This document shows positions 54,471 through 64,000 of a stretch of DNA of 64,000 nucleotides, in pieces. Numbering within the stretch: the first letter of the stretch is position 1; the number at the start of each line of letters is the position of its first letter. The notes below the pieces were generated by a model. It saw nothing but the letters and a program-made list of their open reading frames with translations. It was not told the origin of the DNA and did not search any database. Source of the stretch: Verrucomicrobiota bacterium (GTDB taxonomy: Bacteria; Verrucomicrobiota; Verrucomicrobiia; Limisphaerales; CAIQOK01); NCBI GenBank assembly GCA_046346715.1, contig JAXMHO010000007.1:35517-99516 (forward strand). Reading direction: 5' to 3'. The position numbers and the translations under genes are program-made.

Positions 54471-57400
54471 TCATTCCTTGATTAACCACACCACGCCGCC
54501 CGGCAATTTGACCTTGCCGCCGGCATTTACAAGTTCACCACCAGTCTGCACCCGGCCGCTGCGCGCATCCACCGGATGGAGACGAAACGCGCCGGACTCG
54601 CCGGACAAATCCAATTCTGCCCCCTGCTCCGACCACGCGATGACTTGTCTACCCGGCTCGCGCAAGGCCCGGACGTTTTCATTGCCGCCGGTCCAAGGCT
54701 GGAGTCGCGGGATGGCCGCCAGAAGTTTTTCGTCGGTGTCGCGGGGCAGTTGTGGAATGGAACCGCCGCCGCAGAGATAGGCCCAGCCGCCGCGGCCGAC
54801 GTTGTTGATGACGGCTTTGCCCGGAAAGCGTCCGCGATATTCCGCCGCCATCTGCGCAAGGTCTCCGTCCGAAGGCGCGCCCATGTTCTTCTTCAGGACA
54901 TTCTTCCAGTAACGGTCGTGCTGGCGCGGAGAAAGGTTCTGGCCACCCTTTGGGTCATAGAGTCCGCGGTCGCTTTGCCACCAGTAACGGAAATCAATCA
55001 CGTCCACCACCGCCGCGCGTTTCGGATCCGCGAGAATGCCATCCTGCACATCCTTGGTCGCGCTCAAGGCGATCAGCGGATGCCGCCCCGTGTCGGACTC
55101 CCACTGGCCGACGGTGTCGATCCAGAACTGCATGAACGCCAGCGGGCCGGTGAACTCGGCGCTGGTGAACTGGATGACGTTGGCGGAGTTGGTGAAGTTG
55201 TCGAGGTTCTGCCGGATGAAGCCCTCGTGGAGTTTGCGGCGCGCCGGATGGGTCACGTCGTAGAACTGCTCGGCCATGAAGATGCGCTTGTCCCCAGCGA
55301 ACGGCGGCGGTTCGGGAAAGCCGGTGCCGTTGATGTTGTTGGCCGTGCGCCACGGGCAGTCCACCCAGTGCGCGCCCGCCTCGATGATGTTGTGCTGAAA
55401 ATAATTCTGGTTGAACAGCACCAGACCGCGCTCGTCGCAAAGGCCGGCGAACTCCTTCAGGCGCGACCAATACCACGGGTTGAACTTCGTCAGGTCGTAT
55501 TTGCTCAAGCCGTCCCAGGCGGTTCCCTGCCCGCTGCGCGCAAACGGCTGCTCAAAGAACGGCGGGATGACATCGCCGGTCATGCGCCGAACACGCTCGT
55601 GATCGTCGCGCCGGATGTCATACCAGAGACCGTAGTGATGATCGAAAAAGACCTGGTCCTTGCGGAGCATGTTGGCGGCGACTTCTCCCAGATCGTCCGT
55701 CAACCCGTGACCGCTGCGGCCGGGCGCAAAGCGCGTCAAGGCCGGACCAAACTTGCCGGCTTCCGCGGGCCGGATGCTCCCGCGCCACCACGCCGTGTCT
55801 TCACCACCGCCAATCAGCAGTTTCCCGTCACAGACAATCCAGCCGTTGGTGAGGGAAATCTCCCGGCGCAATTTGCCGGCAACTTTCTTCGGCTCCGGAA
55901 CATCTTCAACGCGCGGCGCGCTGCCCGGCTGAACATCAATCGGGTTCCGTTTCCCAGCCGTCGCAATGAAATCCACCAGCAACGGCGACGGTTTGCGTGA
56001 GTTGGCGATGAGCGCCGCAGCCTCTTCAATGGTGGGGTTGGTGGATTCCTTGGAAGCCCGCGACATCAGCGTCACGCGGCGTCCGGTCCGTTCGAGCAAC
56101 TGCGCGGCGTAAAGGCTTTCGGGCCGCATGAAGCCGTTGGATTCCCGCCAGATGCCGTCCCCCTCAAAGCCCGCCCAGGAACCGAACGACCAGTTCTGGG
56201 CATCGGGCGGATTCGCGCAGCGGATGACCGACGCGCTGCAGTTCCAGAGCACGGAGTTCGCCGCCGCCCAGCCGATACTTTCCATGTTGCCCGGACGAAA
56301 GCCCAGCGAGATCGCGTTGCCATCAATCCGCACACAGTCGAACAGCGTCCCGCTCGACCAGCTTTCAATCGCGCCGCTGTCCGCCGCGGGCAGGTCGGCC
56401 TCGCATTGTACAAAGGCATTGGGACCCGCCGCGCAATCACCGACGGAAAAATCATGACGCCCCTGCTCCGCATGGCACCGCAGGAAAAGCGTCTGCTGGC
56501 CCATGGTGAAAAACGTGTTCCGCCGATACCCGCCGTCCTCGGAAACCGGCGCGAACGAAGCACAGTCCTCCACGGTCACCTGCTGGCAGGTTTCATAGAG
56601 CGCGACCGCCGAACCGGCGAAATGCCAGAACGAAACCTGCCGCACCCAGGCATCCAGCGTGTTCTCCATCGTGATCGCAAACCAGGCGTGGTTCTCATCC
56701 TTCGAATTGCCGGCATCGAAGGCGGACTCCAACCGGAGGTTTTCAATGCCGACATTCTGAATCCGGCCCGGCCAGGAGAAGGCTTCCACGAAACCGCCGC
56801 CGAAATTCGTGTCGATGGCGGTGGTCAGCGGCGCGTTCAGGGTGACGACGCGATCTTGAACCGATTTCACCACGCGATCCCAGACGATGTCATACTCGCC
56901 GGGCTTCCAGCCGCCGCCTTCGCCGCCGCCGAAATCATTCGCTCCCAGCCGATCAATCCACGCCTTGGTGCTGGGCCGAACCACCCGGACGGTGTCGCCG
57001 ACGCGCAGTCCCTCGGCTGACGCCAGTTGAAAACTCGTCGCGCCGACCGGCACATAGGCATCCGCGATTCGCCAGGAAGCATTCGGGCGGGCCTGGTAAT
57101 CATCGCGGCCGAGCACGCGGATCAAAGTCCGGCGATCCAGACCGGTGGCGACCAGCAGAGTTCCCTCTTCGCCGCAGCCTTGCCCGCGCAGCACGACGCC
57201 GGAAGTCCTGAGCGAGAGTCCGCCGGAAATTTCGTAACGGCCCTTCAGCAGCAGCACCGTGCCGCGAAACCCGTTGGTGTCCATCGGCAGACTTCCAACG
57301 TAATCAATGGCCCGTTGCAGGCGCGCCGTTTGATCGCCGGGCGACGGCGAGACCACCACCTGCACCGGCACCATCGGGATATCCCGGTCTGCTCCGGCGA

Positions 57401-57557
57401 AGCCACAGCTTGAAAAATCCGGAACGCGGTCGCCGCGCTCGTTCTTGCCATAAGCAAAGCCGTTGGGTGTGGACGAAATAATTGGCGGAGGCGGTTTCGG
57501 CGCGGCGGACGCAGCCATCCCGGCAACGACGCAAAGAGCGAAGAGAAATTTTTTCAT
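54471..57557 (-). CDS. Large secreted protein: N-terminal right-handed beta-helix-like region plus C-terminal domain of unknown function; probable carbohydrate-active enzyme
   Basis: The signal peptide is MKKFLFALCVVAGMAASA. The N-terminal half resembles the pectate-lyase-superfamily pattern (LQRAIDYVGSLP...GTVLLLKGRYEISGGL). The C-terminal half (FFDHHYGLWYDIRRDDH...) is of unknown family. ATG 57557 overlaps the upstream stop (ATGA). Confidence 0.5.
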   Translation of the reverse strand: MKKFLFALCVVAGMAASAAPKPPPPIISSTPNGFAYGKNERGDRVPDFSSCGFAGADRDIPMVPVQVVVSPSPGDQTARLQRAIDYVGSLPMDTNGFRGTVLLLKGRYEISGGLSLRTSGVVLRGQGCGEEGTLLVATGLDRRTLIRVLGRDDYQARPNASWRIADAYVPVGATSFQLASAEGLRVGDTVRVVRPSTKAWIDRLGANDFGGGEGGGWKPGEYDIVWDRVVKSVQDRVVTLNAPLTTAIDTNFGGGFVEAFSWPGRIQNVGIENLRLESAFDAGNSKDENHAWFAITMENTLDAWVRQVSFWHFAGSAVALYETCQQVTVEDCASFAPVSEDGGYRRNTFFTMGQQTLFLRCHAEQGRHDFSVGDCAAGPNAFVQCEADLPAADSGAIESWSSGTLFDCVRIDGNAISLGFRPGNMESIGWAAANSVLWNCSASVIRCANPPDAQNWSFGSWAGFEGDGIWRESNGFMRPESLYAAQLLERTGRRVTLMSRASKESTNPTIEEAAALIANSRKPSPLLVDFIATAGKRNPIDVQPGSAPRVEDVPEPKKVAGKLRREISLTNGWIVCDGKLLIGGGEDTAWWRGSIRPAEAGKFGPALTRFAPGRSGHGLTDDLGEVAANMLRKDQVFFDHHYGLWYDIRRDDHERVRRMTGDVIPPFFEQPFARSGQGTAWDGLSKYDLTKFNPWYWSRLKEFAGLCDERGLVLFNQNYFQHNIIEAGAHWVDCPWRTANNINGTGFPEPPPFAGDKRIFMAEQFYDVTHPARRKLHEGFIRQNLDNFTNSANVIQFTSAEFTGPLAFMQFWIDTVGQWESDTGRHPLIALSATKDVQDGILADPKRAAVVDVIDFRYWWQSDRGLYDPKGGQNLSPRQHDRYWKNVLKKNMGAPSDGDLAQMAAEYRGRFPGKAVINNVGRGGWAYLCGGGSIPQLPRDTDEKLLAAIPRLQPWTGGNENVRALREPGRQVIAWSEQGAELDLSGESGAFRLHPVDARSGRVQTGGELVNAGGKVKLPGGVVWLIKE

Positions 57558-59101
57558 GGCAGCTTTCCGGAAAGTTTCGACAGGCTGGTGGCCCGGGCGA
57601 TTTCCTTGCCGTCGGCAAAGATCATTAGACCTTGGCCTCGGCGATAACGCGTTCCATCCGTGTCCCACAAAATGGTGAGCTCGCGTCCGTGATATTTCAC
57701 GCCATCGAGGCAGAACCAATCCCACGTTTCGTCGGGCAGCAGCGGATTCACCTCGACGACATCCGCAGCCTGCGGCCGCAAGCCGACGATGCCGGTGATG
57801 AGCAGGTCGGCAAAGGTCGAGTGGTTGTAGTAACGGCTGCGGTTATTTTTGCCGTTGATCCAGTCGCCCGTGACCTCGTCGAGATATTCCCCGATGTAGG
57901 GTTTGCCGCCGGCGTGCTGGCTGTGGACGTAGGTGAGAAAAGCATCCAGGTAATCCGACCGGCTCAAGCCGACGGGCGGATAATCCTGGAGCACATTGCC
58001 GAGCGCATACAAAGTCTGGCAGGTGGCGAACGGCCAGACTGCGCCGTCCCATTCACAGGTGCCGACGCCGTGGGAGCGAAACTGCGGATGGCGGCGCTCC
58101 GCGGTGGTGACGCCAAACGGCGCGGCAAAACCTTCCGCATCGAGTAGCTGAGCCCACGCCGCGCCAGAATCGAGACGCGCTGACGGCAAACCAAACATCC
58201 ACGGAACAAACCCGACAGCTTCGCGCGCCGTGGAAAAGACACCGTCAGGCCGTCGGACTTTGAAAAACTTTGCCTGGGCATCCCACAAGGTTTCCTGCGT
58301 GAGTTGTTGCAGGGTGTCCGCCTTCCGCTGAAAATCAGCCGCAACCTCCGGACGCTTTGCCGCAAGGGCCAGCGCCGCAATCGCGCGGGCATTGGCGAAC
58401 ATGTAGCTGTTGATGGTAGGGCGAAGGTTTCGGTTGGTGCGCGAACCCGAGATGGATTCCTCCATGCCGTCGCGGACGTCAAACTGCCAGTAGAGCCCGT
58501 TGGTGGCCTGACGCTCCCGTTCCCAGAAATGGTATTCGGCAATAAAGTCGTCGAGGAGATCCACGGCAGGTTTGTTGTCGCCGGTCACCAAACAACGGTC
58601 ATAGGCAGCGGCGGGAATCCAGCTACTGAAACCGTGCAGCTTCTTCTGCGGCCCGCCCTGATTGCCGCGAAACCAGAAGCGCAGATAGTCATCAACATAA
58701 CTTTGATCGCGCAGCCAGCGGCCTTCGGCAACATGGAAGCCCGTGGCGCAACTGATGGCATTGAAGACATCGGCATGCCCCACCGGCGTGAGAAACTCGG
58801 TGATGATCCAGCCCGCCGGCGTGCGGACGAGATGCTTGCGGAAGGACCACCAACGGTAGAAATACATCTCCTCAACCTCGGCGTCCGGACACTCGAACCG
58901 GGGGATTTCCGTTTGCATCCACGCCACCGCCTGTGCGTTGGACAGGGTGTTCGTGTAATGCTCGTCTTCCATCGCGTTGAAACGCGTGACATGACGAACC
59001 AGTGCGTCGGACGTCAGCACCGGCGGCGGCGCGGCCGAGCCATCCACGGCCAAACCCACCAGCATCAACAGCATCCCAGTATGCCGTCGGAGGCTGGTCA
59101 T
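57554..59101 (-). CDS. Secreted (alpha/alpha)6 six-hairpin glycosidase-like protein (GH63/MGH1-like)
   Basis: A signal peptide is present. YFYRWWSFRKHL...GLYWQFDVRDGMEES...CEWDGAVWPFATCQT is reminiscent of six-hairpin glycoside hydrolases. The family is not certain. Confidence 0.45.
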   Translation of the reverse strand: MTSLRRHTGMLLMLVGLAVDGSAAPPPVLTSDALVRHVTRFNAMEDEHYTNTLSNAQAVAWMQTEIPRFECPDAEVEEMYFYRWWSFRKHLVRTPAGWIITEFLTPVGHADVFNAISCATGFHVAEGRWLRDQSYVDDYLRFWFRGNQGGPQKKLHGFSSWIPAAAYDRCLVTGDNKPAVDLLDDFIAEYHFWERERQATNGLYWQFDVRDGMEESISGSRTNRNLRPTINSYMFANARAIAALALAAKRPEVAADFQRKADTLQQLTQETLWDAQAKFFKVRRPDGVFSTAREAVGFVPWMFGLPSARLDSGAAWAQLLDAEGFAAPFGVTTAERRHPQFRSHGVGTCEWDGAVWPFATCQTLYALGNVLQDYPPVGLSRSDYLDAFLTYVHSQHAGGKPYIGEYLDEVTGDWINGKNNRSRYYNHSTFADLLITGIVGLRPQAADVVEVNPLLPDETWDWFCLDGVKYHGRELTILWDTDGTRYRRGQGLMIFADGKEIARATSLSKLSGKLP

Positions 59102-60024
59102 AGGTTCAGCTTCGCCACTTCGCCTTGAAGCTCCTGCAAACGAACGCGCACCAGTTCCCGTTCGCTTTCCCGGAATCGGCGGAAGGGTTCCGCCATGAAA
59201 TCATCGCAAACCCCGAGGCAGCTTGCGGCACATTTGATGCCCTTGATGATCGAGGAGGAGTATTTGCCGATGCGATAGAGGGAATCGCTGACCCGCTGGA
59301 TCTGTCGCTGCAATTCCTGGGCGCGGGCAAGATTTCCACGGCGATGCGCCTCGCAGACTTTGACATACAGCTTGGGAAACAGATTGGCACCGCCACTGAC
59401 GCCGCCGTGGCCGCCAACTTGAAGAGCGTCGAACAGTTTCTCTTCCGGACCGATCAGCAACGGCCAGTCGGGGCGATGCTGTTTGATGAGACCCGCGGCC
59501 TTCGCAAAATAATTCAAGTCGCCCGAGCTGTCCTTGAGGCCGATGATGCGCGGGTTGTCCATCGCCCGGCGCACCGTATCCAATTCGAAGTGCACCTTGG
59601 TGAGCGCCGGCATGTTGTAGATGTAGAGCGGCAGCGGCAGTTCCGGCACGAGGTGATCGAGATACTCCTGCAGTTCCGGCTGCGCCTCGGGAAGATAATA
59701 CGGCGGCGCGACAACCAAGGCATTCGCTCCGGACTCCGCCGCCGCCCGCGCGACGCTGACAGACTCGGCAAAAGCCGTGTCGGTGATGCCCACCAGGACC
59801 GGCACGCGTCCCTTGACCTGGGCGCAAACCCGGCTGATCACCTCGCGCCGCAGCCGATAGCTGAGGCTGGGGCCTTCGCCAGTGGTTCCGAGAATGAAAA
59901 GACCGCTGACGCCGCCGGCGAGGATGTGTTCAACCAGACGTTCAAGTCCGGCGTGGTCAAGCTCGTCGCGCCCGCGAAGCGGGGTGATCATCGGAGGAAT
60001 GATTCCAGTCAAAGGTGTGTTCAT
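59098..60024 (-). CDS. DapA-family class I aldolase/dehydratase (2-keto-3-deoxy-sugar-acid type)
   Basis: The protein begins MNTPLTGIIPPMITPLRGRDELDHAGLERLVEHILAGGVSGLFILGTTGEGPSLS. It also has the PYY motif region (VAPPYYLP) and the Schiff-base Lys region IGLKDSSGD. The start was trimmed to ATG 60024. Confidence 0.8.
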   Translation of the reverse strand: MNTPLTGIIPPMITPLRGRDELDHAGLERLVEHILAGGVSGLFILGTTGEGPSLSYRLRREVISRVCAQVKGRVPVLVGITDTAFAESVSVARAAAESGANALVVAPPYYLPEAQPELQEYLDHLVPELPLPLYIYNMPALTKVHFELDTVRRAMDNPRIIGLKDSSGDLNYFAKAAGLIKQHRPDWPLLIGPEEKLFDALQVGGHGGVSGGANLFPKLYVKVCEAHRRGNLARAQELQRQIQRVSDSLYRIGKYSSSIIKGIKCAASCLGVCDDFMAEPFRRFRESERELVRVRLQELQGEVAKLNL

Positions 60025-60079
60025 GAATCTGTCAGTGCCGGGATTCTTGGCCAGCCGGCCGGAGCCGGCAAGGACGTTG

Positions 60080-61546
60080 TTATTTGCGGGCCGGCAAGGA
60101 ATATTCGCCGACCAGTGAATTAAGATATTTTTCCAGGTTGGTGTAGCCGTCGCCGTTCCAATCCTGACTGCCGTCGCCGGCATTTTGAGGATTCAGGCCG
60201 TGAGCCTTTTCCCAGGCGTCAGGCATGCCGTCCTGGTCGGCATCCCAGTCTGCCGCGCGCTGAACCTCGGGATATTTGTCCCAGCCGCCGACGTCCTCCT
60301 GAGAATCGGGCAACCCCGGCAAACCCGTCTTGCTGCCCTTGTATTTGAAAGTTCCCTCGCGCACTTCGGTGAGGACGCGCTGATCGTGATCGTCCAAGGC
60401 CGGAAAGTTGCAGCCCACATTCGCCAGGACATTCGCATAGGCTTCCTCGGCGGTTTGAGTTTTCACCTGGGCGTCGAAGAAGGGCTGGTCCGACCACGGG
60501 CTGTAGTCCACAGGCAACCGTCCGCCACGCTCGGTGGTGGCGGTGCGGCCGGCGGACTGGTTGGTGAGACCGAAGCGTCCGGGCATGACATTCCCGTCAA
60601 AGAAATAGCGCTGCGAACCGGGGAACCCACCGTATTGGGCATTCAACGCATAGAAGAAGGCCGTGGCCGGACCGGGCTTATAGAAGTTAGCCACGAAGTT
60701 CACCTCGTGGGCTCCGCCATCGGTCGCGCGGCTCTTCCAGTTGTAAACCACGTTGTTCCGGATATCGAGACGGCCGGCGTAGGTGTTGTCGGCCTTGTTC
60801 AACCCGCCGGCGAGACTCCAGTTCCGGCCCGCGCAGTGAGCGAGCAGGTTGTGATGAAAGCTGCCGATGTCCCCGCCGATGCTCGCGGCATAACCATGCT
60901 GGGTGCCCGGCGGATATTTTTTATGGCCGGCATCATTGAGCGCCTCGGAAATCAAGGTGCGTTGCAGGGTGATGTTCTTCGCACCCCGCGAACTGAAGGA
61001 TTCGTCGAGCGTCCAGCTGATCGAACAATGATCGATGATGCAGTTGTCGCTGGAGGCCATGCCCATGCCGTCGAGCGTCGTGCCGGAGATGTTTCCTGGA
61101 CGCACGCGCAGATAGCGGATGACCACGTTGCTGGCGCCCAACATGCCGAGGTTGTATTGACGAAGGCAGACACCGTTGCCCGGCGCGGTTTGTCCCGCGA
61201 TGGTCAGGTCAGAGTTGGCCTTGCGGATGATGAGCCGCGATTCCAGAGTGATGAGTCCGGAGACGTCGAACACGACGGTGCGCGGTCCAGAGGCCTCCAC
61301 CGCGGCGCGCAAGCTGCCGGGGCCGGCGTCATTGAGATTCGTTACGTGCAAAACCCGGCCTCCGCGTCCGCCCTGGGCAAATCTGCCATAACCTTCCGCG
61401 CTGGGAAACGCCACCTTCGGAGAATGAACCGCGGGCGCGTTTGTTTCCAAAGCGAATCCTGCCGAGGCAAGAAGCAAGAACGGCAGCATCAGACCGGCCT
61501 GCATGATCCGGCAACGAAGCTGGGGAATGGGTTGATGATTTGTCAT
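60080..61546 (-). CDS. Pectate lyase (PL1-like) with C-terminal calcium-binding/dockerin-like Asp-rich tail
   Basis: AEGYGRFAQGGRGGRVLHVTNLND, ...IDHCSISWTLDES... and VRYLRVRPG are PL1-type motifs. The C-terminus is DADQDGMPDAWEKAHGLNPQNAGDGSQDWNGDGYTNLEKYLNSL. The start may instead be ATG 61504 (MQAGLMLPFLLLASA). Confidence 0.75.
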   Translation of the reverse strand: MTNHQPIPQLRCRIMQAGLMLPFLLLASAGFALETNAPAVHSPKVAFPSAEGYGRFAQGGRGGRVLHVTNLNDAGPGSLRAAVEASGPRTVVFDVSGLITLESRLIIRKANSDLTIAGQTAPGNGVCLRQYNLGMLGASNVVIRYLRVRPGNISGTTLDGMGMASSDNCIIDHCSISWTLDESFSSRGAKNITLQRTLISEALNDAGHKKYPPGTQHGYAASIGGDIGSFHHNLLAHCAGRNWSLAGGLNKADNTYAGRLDIRNNVVYNWKSRATDGGAHEVNFVANFYKPGPATAFFYALNAQYGGFPGSQRYFFDGNVMPGRFGLTNQSAGRTATTERGGRLPVDYSPWSDQPFFDAQVKTQTAEEAYANVLANVGCNFPALDDHDQRVLTEVREGTFKYKGSKTGLPGLPDSQEDVGGWDKYPEVQRAADWDADQDGMPDAWEKAHGLNPQNAGDGSQDWNGDGYTNLEKYLNSLVGEYSLPARK

Positions 61547-61579
61547 GGCATGATGGACGCCGCAGCCGGCCTTTTGGTT

Positions 61580-61617
61580 AACGAAAAGCCGGGGCGGGCT
61601 TGCGCCCGACCCCGGCT
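61580..61617 (-). terminator. Rho-independent terminator of the 61654..64000 gene
   Basis: On the minus strand, agccggggtcgggc gcaa gcccgccccggct is a 13-bp stem with one bulge, followed by tttcgtt. It lies about 37 nt after the stop codon. Confidence 0.55.
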
Positions 61618-61653
61618 GAATGAAACCCGCAAGGGGTGATTTAGTTGTCCGGA

Positions 61654-64000
61654 TTACGGATAAACCATCCGGAAGAACGACGTGTCGATCGCCGCATCAT
61701 TCGTGATGTAGAGATCGTTGGTCGTGGTCGAACCGGTGACATTCACCCAGTTGGTGAACAGACCGACCGAGATGGGATTAGTCTGCTGCTGCAAGCGCCA
61801 GCCGATGTATTCCGCCGGCCACTGCAAGTGGGTCACCACGCTGGAGCCATCGCTGAACGATGAGAACGTGATGTTGGTTCCCGTGGTGGGGAAGCTGACG
61901 ATGTTGATATAGCCGTCCACGAAAACCTTCGGGACTGGAACAACGCCATCGGCATCACCGACATCCCGCAAGTAGGTAAGATCCCACTTTGTATTCACAG
62001 CAGGAACGATCGGTTGGACGATCGGATAACGATTGGTGGTATTCAGGCCCTCATCACCAATGTCAGACAACGGGTTGAGGGAGGCATTGAACACACCTTG
62101 GAACACCCGGAACATTTGGCCGGCAGCGAACAGACCAGCACCGGGGTTGACATTCGTCATCAGGATGGTGCAGCCATCGAAGGATCTGACAGACGTGTTG
62201 CCGCCAAAATCAGTGTATGCCGATTTCACGATTGTGTTGGTCTGCGGATTGGCAAGGTCAACTTTGATCAAAGTGGTTGAGCCTGCAAGCATGGTAAGAC
62301 GACCAGGGAAGGAGGAACCAACACCCGAGGAGCGGATGAAGGTAGTACCCACTCCGTCACCACCGGGCAGGAAGGTCGCTCCACCATTTACGGTAAGGGT
62401 TGTCAGATAAATGTTACCCACACCGGTGTCTTTGAATGTTCCGTTGATCGTGAGGGTGTTTGCGGTGGCGGTCTGAATTTCACCATTGTCACCGATCGTT
62501 CCTTCATTGATCAAAGTGGCGCCAGCCGCCACGTTTCCAGAACCGCCAGAGCCGATGCTGCGCAACCAGCCACTCGTGCCGTTGTGCAACAAGCCGCTGC
62601 CATTTACAGCCAAGCTGCCGCCCTGGATGGTGCCAAAGTTGGTCAGCACGCCAGAAACGCTCACAGAACCGTTGGCAGAAGAGCCACTCAGGAGGGTGGC
62701 CACTGCTCCGCTGTCGACCGTGAGACCCGCCGTGACGCTACCTGCATAAGACATGGCCGTGTTGGTGGCCAAGGTAACACCACCAATGACTCCCGTGCCC
62801 AGCAAAGTTCCGCCATCGAACTGAACCACGGCGCCGCTGGAAACGTTGTTTTCAAAATTCGCGGTGCCAACCTTGGTCATGGGGCAGCCCGAAATCGAAC
62901 CAGAACCTTCAAAGATATAGGCACTGGCGGAGTTGCTCATGGTGATGCCGGCAGGAATGACAGCGTCGGCGATCGAGATGGTTTTGAAGTTTGGATTGTT
63001 GGTTTCCGCAAAGATGACAGTGTCGGCATCAAAGAATGCAACCTGTGAACCGTTGGCGGTGTTAAACCAGTTCGGTGTGGAGTGATCCCAAACATTGTTC
63101 ACATAGCCTTTCCAAACCAGTGTGGCCGGGGCGTTGGTGTTGATGCGCAATTCGATGTTTTTGTCCACGCCATTGTCAACAATCAGCACGTTGTTGTAGC
63201 CCGCCGGAAGCGATCCTATGCCAATCTGATGCGCACCAGCACCGGTTGCGCTTTCATAGTGGATCAAGATGTTAGTCGCCGGAACAGTCGGTGAAAAACC
63301 ATTGAGCGAAGCGATGTTAATTTTGGAATTGGCGGCATCGGTCAAGTTGGTGACGTAGCAGCTGGTGACACCTGCCGTCACATTCAAGGTCAGACGGCCA
63401 TTGCCTTGAATCGTCAAGGTGGTCAAAGCCTTCAGCGGTGATCCCATGGTGTTGGTGAGGATCAGATTACCGCCGTTGTTGATGGTGATTGTATTTCCAG
63501 AAGTGGCAGCTCCAATTTGGATCGAATTGGCCCGGACAATACCGTTTGTGTTAATCACCACGCGGCCAAAGCCGGTTGGAGTTGCAGTGGTATCGGAAGA
63601 AATCTCTGCAAATCCGAGCTCCAAGAGATTGTTCACTGACAAAACAGCATTGGCACCAGGGAAGCCGCCGACGGTGATTGTGGACTGCACGGCGTTGTTG
63701 TTGGTCCATTGTTTGAAACCAGAACGCAGCGTGTTGACGTCAATGATACCACGATCAAAAAGGAGGTTGCCAATGACGGCGTTGCCGCCGGTGAAATTAG
63801 TCCGGTTGTGACCAAGCCACATGGTGTCAACCAGCATGTCCACGGTGCCACCAATAAAATACGCACCCGCACCACGAGTACGAGCCGTGAAACTTGTCAA
63901 ACCGCTATCAATGCCCACACCAAACAGCGACATACGGCCGCCGTTGGTTCCGCGAAATACAGCCTTACAGGGGATGTTGGTGAATGCCGGGTTGAACCGC
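61654..64000 (-). CDS. Giant autotransporter-associated beta-strand repeat (PATR) protein, C-terminal 780 aa or so (5' end outside window)
   Basis: The frame stays open from 63933 to the window edge. G/T/N-rich beta-strand repeat modules are present (GNGRLTLNVTAG, GTLLGTGVIGG, ...). The C-terminus is ...LQWPAEYIGWRLQQQTN...TSFFRMVYP. Confidence 0.8.
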   Translation of the reverse strand, partial: RFNPAFTNIPCKAVFRGTNGGRMSLFGVGIDSGLTSFTARTRGAGAYFIGGTVDMLVDTMWLGHNRTNFTGGNAVIGNLLFDRGIIDVNTLRSGFKQWTNNNAVQSTITVGGFPGANAVLSVNNLLELGFAEISSDTTATPTGFGRVVINTNGIVRANSIQIGAATSGNTITINNGGNLILTNTMGSPLKALTTLTIQGNGRLTLNVTAGVTSCYVTNLTDAANSKINIASLNGFSPTVPATNILIHYESATGAGAHQIGIGSLPAGYNNVLIVDNGVDKNIELRINTNAPATLVWKGYVNNVWDHSTPNWFNTANGSQVAFFDADTVIFAETNNPNFKTISIADAVIPAGITMSNSASAYIFEGSGSISGCPMTKVGTANFENNVSSGAVVQFDGGTLLGTGVIGGVTLATNTAMSYAGSVTAGLTVDSGAVATLLSGSSANGSVSVSGVLTNFGTIQGGSLAVNGSGLLHNGTSGWLRSIGSGGSGNVAAGATLINEGTIGDNGEIQTATANTLTINGTFKDTGVGNIYLTTLTVNGGATFLPGGDGVGTTFIRSSGVGSSFPGRLTMLAGSTTLIKVDLANPQTNTIVKSAYTDFGGNTSVRSFDGCTILMTNVNPGAGLFAAGQMFRVFQGVFNASLNPLSDIGDEGLNTTNRYPIVQPIVPAVNTKWDLTYLRDVGDADGVVPVPKVFVDGYINIVSFPTTGTNITFSSFSDGSSVVTHLQWPAEYIGWRLQQQTNPISVGLFTNWVNVTGSTTTNDLYITNDAAIDTSFFRMVYP

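Overview
This is a 64-kb GC-rich bacterial chromosomal segment that is almost fully coding. It holds about 55 genes, mostly on the minus strand, and many are joined by 4-nt ATGA/GTGA/TTGA stop-start overlaps. The protein styles suggest a Verrucomicrobiota-like polysaccharide degrader (inference only): giant autotransporter-associated beta-strand-repeat proteins ending in ...FFR(L/M)xxP, many secreted glycosidases and GxxExxY cassettes.

The content is dominated by pectin/RG-II-type glycan and acid-sugar catabolism:
- Glycan-active proteins: GH78, GH31, GH43, GH127, a PL1 pectate lyase, DUF3826, a sialidase-like BNR propeller and several large secreted uncharacterised CAZyme-like proteins.
- Transporters: GPH, MFS and BASS.
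- Acid-sugar enzymes: a PdxA-family enzyme, two DUF1537 kinases, a RuBisCO-like protein, a split UxaA dehydratase, an enolase-superfamily dehydratase, an RraA-like protein, DapA-like aldolases and an SDR.

The most notable observations are:
1. A complete corrinoid-dependent methyltransferase system lies in one operon with a sugar symporter, GH31 and GH43. It comprises two URO-D-like methyltransferases, a B12-binding protein, a RACo-like reductive activator, DUF1638 and a divergent stand-alone Hcy-S-methyltransferase-domain protein. This makes it a candidate anaerobic O-demethylase for methylated sugars.
2. A RuBisCO-like protein, DUF1537 kinase and PdxA-family gene set resembles the oxidative D-apionate route. 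An isomerase/FGGY-kinase/split-transketolase module elsewhere in the window is riddled with frameshifts.
3. A purine-rich interspersed repeat family with TTAAC ends occurs as inverted pairs exactly at operon gene junctions. Some copies are empty and others carry small AT-richer cargo genes (GxxExxY, DUF695-like).
4. A DUF559 gene plus REP-like hairpin repeats is inserted between the two transketolase subunit genes.
5. An ankyrin/SUKH-like accessory islet sits between the catabolic genes.

No rRNA, tRNA or CRISPR array was recognised by eye.
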